A stretch of 64,000 nucleotides of DNA from Alphaproteobacteria bacterium (GTDB lineage Bacteria; Pseudomonadota; Alphaproteobacteria; UBA828). The translations under genes and the position numbers were made by a program. This document shows positions 59,272 to 64,000 of this stretch, in pieces; position 1 is the first letter of the stretch, and every line of letters begins with the position of its first letter. The notes beneath the pieces are model-generated. The model had not been told where the DNA came from. It saw nothing but the letters and a program-made list of their open reading frames with translations, and made no database searches. The stretch covers positions 608,001-672,000 of the forward strand of contig CAXXMU010000001.1 of assembly GCA_963667785.2 (NCBI GenBank), given 5' to 3'.

Positions 59272-60828
59272 CTAGGCCGCGCCCACCCACTCGGCCACCC
59301 GCTCGGCGATCAGCGTCACGGTCGCCGCCGTGTTGGCCCGGACGATCGTGGGCATGACCGAGGCATCGGCGAGCCAGAGCCGCCCGATCCCGTGAACCCG
59401 GCAGCGCGCATCGACCACCGCGCCGTCGTCCGCCGGCCCCATGCGGCACGAGCCCGAGGCATGGGCCGCCGTCACCGACGCCCGTAGCCAGCGATCAAGC
59501 GCCTCGTCGCTCGCCAGCGTCTCGTCATCCGGCGCGACCCGGGCTGCGACGTGCGCGCGGTAGGCGGGCTGCTCGGTAAGCTCGATCCCGAGCCGCACGG
59601 CTTCGCGCATGCGCGCGAGGTCCCACGCATCGTCCAGAAACCGGAAGGCGATGGCCGGGTCGGCATCCGGGTCCGCCGAGGCGAGCGACACCCGGCCTGC
59701 CCCGCGCGGGGCGCGGAGCGACACCGCGACGTTGGTGCCTACGAAGGGCTCGTCGCCGAAGCCGTACTGGCTCGCATCGGCGCTCACCGGCGAGAACGGC
59801 AGGTAGTGGAGATCGAGGCGCGCGTCCGATCCGGGTGCCGTTGTCCTGAGCCCGACCTGCAGCACCGGCGCCGTGTCGTCGGGCGTGGTCTCGCTCGACC
59901 GGAACACCAGGTTGACCAGCGGGTGGTCCTGAAGGTTCTCGCCGACGCCGGGCAGGTCGCGGACCACCGGTATGCCAAGCGGCTCGAGTTCCGCCGCGGG
60001 CCCGATGCCGGAGAGCATCAGAAGCTGCGGGGTCGCGAAGGAGCCGGCGCAGACGATGACCGCGCCCGCATCGAAGCGGACCGATTCCCCCGCCACGAGC
60101 GCCTCCACGCCCTGCGCCTCGCCGCCGGTCACGACGATCCGCCGAACCTGCACGTCGCCCTTGACGGTCAGGTTGGCGCGGCCGCGCGCCGCCGCCAGAT
60201 AGCTCGTCGCCGTGCTGACCCTTACGCCGTCCACGACGTTGAAGGGGAAGCAGCCGACGCCGCCGGTCGAGCGGGGGCTGTTCATGTCCGCGTCGTGGGC
60301 GAACCCGGCGGTACGGCAGCTCTCGCCGAAGGCGGCCTGGATCGGGTGGAGGGACGCGGCGGGATGACGCCGGACCGGCAGGGGGCCGGCCGTGCCGTGG
60401 TCCTCGTCGGGGAAATCCAGGTCGGTTTCCATCCGCCGCAGATAGGGCAGCACGTCGGCGAAGCCCCAGCCTTGGCAACCCTGCGCGACCCAGCCGTCAT
60501 AGTCCTCCGGCAGGCCGCGCAGGTGCACGCGGCCGTCGATCGCCGCGGTGCCGCCGACCAGCTTGCCGCGCGGGAAGAGCACCATCTCGTCCCGCTGCGC
60601 GTCGTTGGGAACGGCCGCATGCAGCCAGACCAGCCCGCTGCGGATGGCGAGGCCGGAATTGTGGCCGTTCCTGATCTCCGCCGGCAGCGCGTCCGGGTCG
60701 GGGAAGTCGGGGCCGGCCTCGAGCAGCAGCACCGAGCGAGACGCGTTCTCGGAAAGGCGCGCAGCGAGGACGCACCCCGCCGTCCCACCGCCGACCACGA
60801 TCGCGTCGAAGCCCGTGCCGCCGCTCAC
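59272..60828 (-). CDS. GMC family FAD oxidoreductase (choline dehydrogenase/MftG-like)
   Basis: GGGTAG, LLLEAG, GVGENLQDH, H..GSCRMG and DASVMP motifs. Confidence 0.9.
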   Translation of the reverse strand: MSGGTGFDAIVVGGGTAGCVLAARLSENASRSVLLLEAGPDFPDPDALPAEIRNGHNSGLAIRSGLVWLHAAVPNDAQRDEMVLFPRGKLVGGTAAIDGRVHLRGLPEDYDGWVAQGCQGWGFADVLPYLRRMETDLDFPDEDHGTAGPLPVRRHPAASLHPIQAAFGESCRTAGFAHDADMNSPRSTGGVGCFPFNVVDGVRVSTATSYLAAARGRANLTVKGDVQVRRIVVTGGEAQGVEALVAGESVRFDAGAVIVCAGSFATPQLLMLSGIGPAAELEPLGIPVVRDLPGVGENLQDHPLVNLVFRSSETTPDDTAPVLQVGLRTTAPGSDARLDLHYLPFSPVSADASQYGFGDEPFVGTNVAVSLRAPRGAGRVSLASADPDADPAIAFRFLDDAWDLARMREAVRLGIELTEQPAYRAHVAARVAPDDETLASDEALDRWLRASVTAAHASGSCRMGPADDGAVVDARCRVHGIGRLWLADASVMPTIVRANTAATVTLIAERVAEWVGAA

Positions 60829-60888
60829 GGGCCGCGCCCGTTCGGATGCGGCGCCGGCGGGCGAGGCGGCGCTGGTTCAGGGAGAAAC

Positions 60889-60962
60889 TGGAGGCCGAGG
60901 CCGGAATCGAACCGGCGTACACGGATTTGCAGTCCGCTGCATAGCCACTCTGCCACCCGGCC
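60889..60962 (-). tRNA. tRNA-Cys(GCA)
   Basis: GGCCGGGTGGCAGAGTGG...CGGACTGCAAATCCG...GGTTCGATTCC...CCA; 74 nt; TTGACC upstream at 61021-61026. Confidence 0.97.
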
Positions 60963-61123
60963 CAAAGGCTGATGCCCTCAGTTGCAGTCTCCGCCTCAAT
61001 TAGGCGCCGCGCGGCGGCACGGTCAACCGTCTTGATGCCGCTCCCGGACCGGACTGGCCGTGGCTGGCGGCCGGCCGGCCCGCCCGTTACACTCGGCGCC
61101 GGTTCACGGTGGGAGGGAGCAAG

Positions 61124-61834
61124 ATGACGGCCGATCAGTCACGCGACGAGGAGGTCAGGCGCGCGCTGGAGACGATCTTCGCCGCCGATTCGGAGATCTA
61201 CCAGACGCGGGGATTCCAGCGTCGCATCGGCTTCGGCACCCGGCCGGCGCTGCTCATCATCGACCTCGCCAACGCCTGGACCCGGCCCGGGCACAATTTC
61301 ACCTGCGACAACATGGAGGTCATCATCCCCGCCAATCAGAAGCTGCTGGCGGCCGCGCGGGAGAAGAACATCCCCGTGATCTACACGACCACGGCCTACC
61401 AGGACCCGACAGGGCCGCGCGCCGATACCGGGCTCTGGCACCTGAAGATTCCGGTGGAGACGCTTCGCGAGGGCTCGCCGGAGGCGGAGATCGACGAGCG
61501 TATCGCGCCGATGCCGGCGCGCGGCGAGCAGGTGATCGTCAAGAAGCGCGCGAGCGCCTTTCACGGCACCTATCTGGCGGGCTACCTCCGCGCCCAGCGG
61601 GTCGACACGGTGATCATCACCGGAGTCACCATGGCCGGGTGCGTGCGCCACTCGGCCGAGGACGCCATCGCCGAGGGCTTCCGCCCGATCGTGGTGCGCG
61701 AAGGGGTCGGCGACCGGGTGCCGGGGGTCGTCGAGTGGAACCTGTTCGACATCGACGCCAAGTTCGGCGACGTGGAGCCGGTGGAGCGCGTCCTCGCCTA
61801 CCTCGAGGAGCTCCAGGCCTTCAGCAACGAATAG
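61124..61834 (+). CDS. N-carbamoylsarcosine amidohydrolase (isochorismatase family)
   Basis: RRIGFGTRPA, IDLANAWT.PGH, GCVRH..EDAIA.GFRPI and GDRVPGVVEWNLFDID closely recall Arthrobacter CSHase. Confidence 0.85.
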   Translation: MTADQSRDEEVRRALETIFAADSEIYQTRGFQRRIGFGTRPALLIIDLANAWTRPGHNFTCDNMEVIIPANQKLLAAAREKNIPVIYTTTAYQDPTGPRADTGLWHLKIPVETLREGSPEAEIDERIAPMPARGEQVIVKKRASAFHGTYLAGYLRAQRVDTVIITGVTMAGCVRHSAEDAIAEGFRPIVVREGVGDRVPGVVEWNLFDIDAKFGDVEPVERVLAYLEELQAFSNE

Positions 61835-61868
61835 GTAACGAGTTAGGCAACGGACAGGAGCGTCTCGC

Positions 61869-63293
61869 ATGGGCGCTGCCGACCTCGACCTCTGCTACAT
61901 GAGCGCCCTCGACGCGCTCGCAGCATTCAGGGCGCAGACGCTCTCGCCCGTCGAGCTGATGAAGGCGGTGATCGCCCGCTGCGAGGCGGTCAACCCGGCG
62001 CTCAACCTGGTGACCTACAGCCATTTCGACCGCGCGCTGGAGCAGGCGAAGGCGGCCGAGGCCCGCTACGGCAAGACCGACGGGAGGCTGCGCGCGCTGG
62101 AGGGGCTGCCGTTCGCGAGCAAGGACTATCACGCGATCAAGGGCGAGATCACCACCATCGGCTCCAGGATCATGGAGCACAACCGCCCGGATCACACCTA
62201 CCCGGTCACCGAGCGCCTCATGCGGGCCGGCGCCATCCTCCATATCCGCACCACGACGCCCGAGTTCGGCTATGCCGGCACCACCCACAGCCCGCTCTGG
62301 GGCGTGAGCCGCAATCCCTGGAACGCCGACTACACGCCGGGCGGCTCGTCCGGCGGCAGCGGCGGCGCCGTCGCCGCCGGCATGACCACGATCGCCGACG
62401 GCGGGGACGGCGGCGGCTCGATCCGCATCCCCGCCTCGGTCAACGGCATCTTCGGCTTCAAGCCGCCCTACGGGCGCAACCCGAACGACACCACCGCGCC
62501 CCACGCCTTCCTGGTGCAGATCGGCGTGCTGACCCGCACGGTGGCCGAATCCGCCCTGCTGCAGAATGTCGTCTCCGGGCCCCACCGGGCGGACATTGCC
62601 TCGCTCAGGACGCGCGTCCGCCTGCCGCTCTCCCACGAGGGCATCGAGGGCTGGCGTATCGCCTACTCGCCGGATCTCGGCTACGTCGAGGTCGATCCGG
62701 AGGTGCAGGAGAACGCGAGGAAGGCGGTCGACGTCTTCCGCAGCCTCGGTTGCGAGGTCGAAGAGGTCGATCTCGGCTGGACCTCGGGCGTGCTGAACCA
62801 GTATCTGCGGCTGTTCGAGGTCTTCTTCGCCAGCGGCCTGCAGGACTTCCTGCCGGAATGGCGCTACGAGATGGACCCGAGGGTCGTCGATCTCGTGGAG
62901 CGGGGCACGCGGGTCAGCGCCGTCGAGTTCGAGCGGGTCAGCCGCACGCGCGGCTGGATGTACCAGAAGCTCGCGCCGATCCTCGACGACTACGACGTCC
63001 TGATCTGCCCGACGCTTGCGGTGCCCGCGGTCAAGGCGGACCACACCAACATGGATCCCGGCTTCACCATCAACGGCAAGCCGGTCGAGCCGCATCTGGG
63101 CTGGCTGCTCACATACCCCTTCAACATGATGAACCAGTGCCCGGCCGCCAGCGTGCCGACCGGGTTCGCGCACAGCGGCGTTCCCACCGGCCTGCAAATC
63201 GTCGGCCGTACCTACGATGACGCCCGCGTGTTCCGCGCAGCGGCCGCCTTCGAGGCGGCGACGAACTGGAGCCGCCATCGCCCGCCGGTATAG
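61869..63293 (+). CDS. Amidase signature family protein
   Basis: Catalytic Lys (SKD), GGSSGGS and DGGGSIRIPAS. Confidence 0.92.
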   Translation: MGAADLDLCYMSALDALAAFRAQTLSPVELMKAVIARCEAVNPALNLVTYSHFDRALEQAKAAEARYGKTDGRLRALEGLPFASKDYHAIKGEITTIGSRIMEHNRPDHTYPVTERLMRAGAILHIRTTTPEFGYAGTTHSPLWGVSRNPWNADYTPGGSSGGSGGAVAAGMTTIADGGDGGGSIRIPASVNGIFGFKPPYGRNPNDTTAPHAFLVQIGVLTRTVAESALLQNVVSGPHRADIASLRTRVRLPLSHEGIEGWRIAYSPDLGYVEVDPEVQENARKAVDVFRSLGCEVEEVDLGWTSGVLNQYLRLFEVFFASGLQDFLPEWRYEMDPRVVDLVERGTRVSAVEFERVSRTRGWMYQKLAPILDDYDVLICPTLAVPAVKADHTNMDPGFTINGKPVEPHLGWLLTYPFNMMNQCPAASVPTGFAHSGVPTGLQIVGRTYDDARVFRAAAAFEAATNWSRHRPPV

Positions 63294-63360
63294 TCCGCGT
63301 TTCCGCAGGGCGCGTGCAGCCGCGTCGCCCGTTCGCGCGCTCCAGCCTGTATAATGAGGC

Positions 63361-64000
63361 ATGCAGCGCTACCAGCGTTACCTTCTGCGTCAGCTTGTGG
63401 GCCCCTTCGTTCTCGTCGCGCTGGGGCTCACGGCGGTCGTCTGGCTGTCGCAGTCGCTGCGCATCATCGACTTGATCGTCAACAAGGGCCTGTCGCTCAG
63501 CGCCTTCATGCTGATGAGCATGCTGGTGCTGCCGACGTTCCTGGGCGCGATCCTGCCGATCGCGTTCTTCTGCGCGCTGCTCTTCACCTACAACAGGCTC
63601 AACATCGACAGCGAGCTGGTCAGCCTGCGCGCCGCCGGCGTCAGCCAGTGGTCACTGGCGAAGCCGGCGCTGCTGATGGCCACTGCTGTCGCCGCCGTGT
63701 CCTACGCGATCGTCATGTACGTCATGCCGGTCAGCCACCAGGAGTTCAAGGAGCGCCAGTTCGTCCTGCGCGGCGACCACTCGTTGCTGCTCCTGGAGGA
63801 GGGCACGTTCAACACGCTCTCCGACGGCGTCACCGTCTACATCCGCGGGCGCGAGGGAAACTCGCTCAACGGAATCCTCGTGCACGACGCCCGCGACCCG
63901 GAACGGCCGGTCACGATGATGGCCGAGAGGGGCGTTCTGCTCCGCACCAGCCAGGGGCCGCGCTTCACCCTGATCAACGGTCACCGCCAGCGGGTGGATC
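63361..64000 (+). CDS. lptF: LPS export ABC transporter permease LptF (runs off the window end)
   Basis: Translated by hand: MQRYQRYLLRQL...WLSQSLRIIDLIVNKG...DSELVSLRAAGVS; no stop before 64000. Confidence 0.88.
   Translation, partial: MQRYQRYLLRQLVGPFVLVALGLTAVVWLSQSLRIIDLIVNKGLSLSAFMLMSMLVLPTFLGAILPIAFFCALLFTYNRLNIDSELVSLRAAGVSQWSLAKPALLMATAVAAVSYAIVMYVMPVSHQEFKERQFVLRGDHSLLLLEEGTFNTLSDGVTVYIRGREGNSLNGILVHDARDPERPVTMMAERGVLLRTSQGPRFTLINGHRQRVD

Noticed and set aside
60648-60659. 12-nt match to the tRNA-Cys 3' region as a possible att duplication
   Set aside because: It lies in frame inside the GMC gene, is short and GC-rich, and there is no integrase; probably chance.

Overview
High-GC chromosomal segment of an Alphaproteobacterium, most likely Rhodospirillales-like (permuted two-piece tmRNA in thyX-ssrA-sspB order; leuA followed by mreBCD-mrdA-rodA). 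It is mostly core genome: purH, mtnA, purF-cvpA-radA-mlaEF, the cell-shape cluster, leuA/ilvBNC, miaA, hflKC, mrp, thyX, tmRNA, sspB, fumC, aminopeptidase P, prmA, SRP RNA-dnaX-ybaB-recR, ccmDEFGHI, holA-lptE-leuS, tRNA-Cys and a truncated lptF. Single catabolic genes are scattered between these blocks. I saw no integrase, transposase, prophage or CRISPR array. The best leads are: (1) a YgfB/UPF0149-like domain apparently fused to the N-terminus of aminopeptidase P; (2) a DUF1015 gene in the slot where degP-serB normally lie; (3) a ~10.2-bp-period phased TCCC array at the left edge; (4) an M23 peptidase with five tandem OapA/LysM-like modules; (5) a 34-aa ThyX insertion with a clamp-motif-like DLF; (6) a leuA leader whose Leu codons appear replaced by Arg; (7) an AT-rich Fur-like operator and structured leader in front of a porin. 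All family calls come from motif recognition by eye, not database searches.
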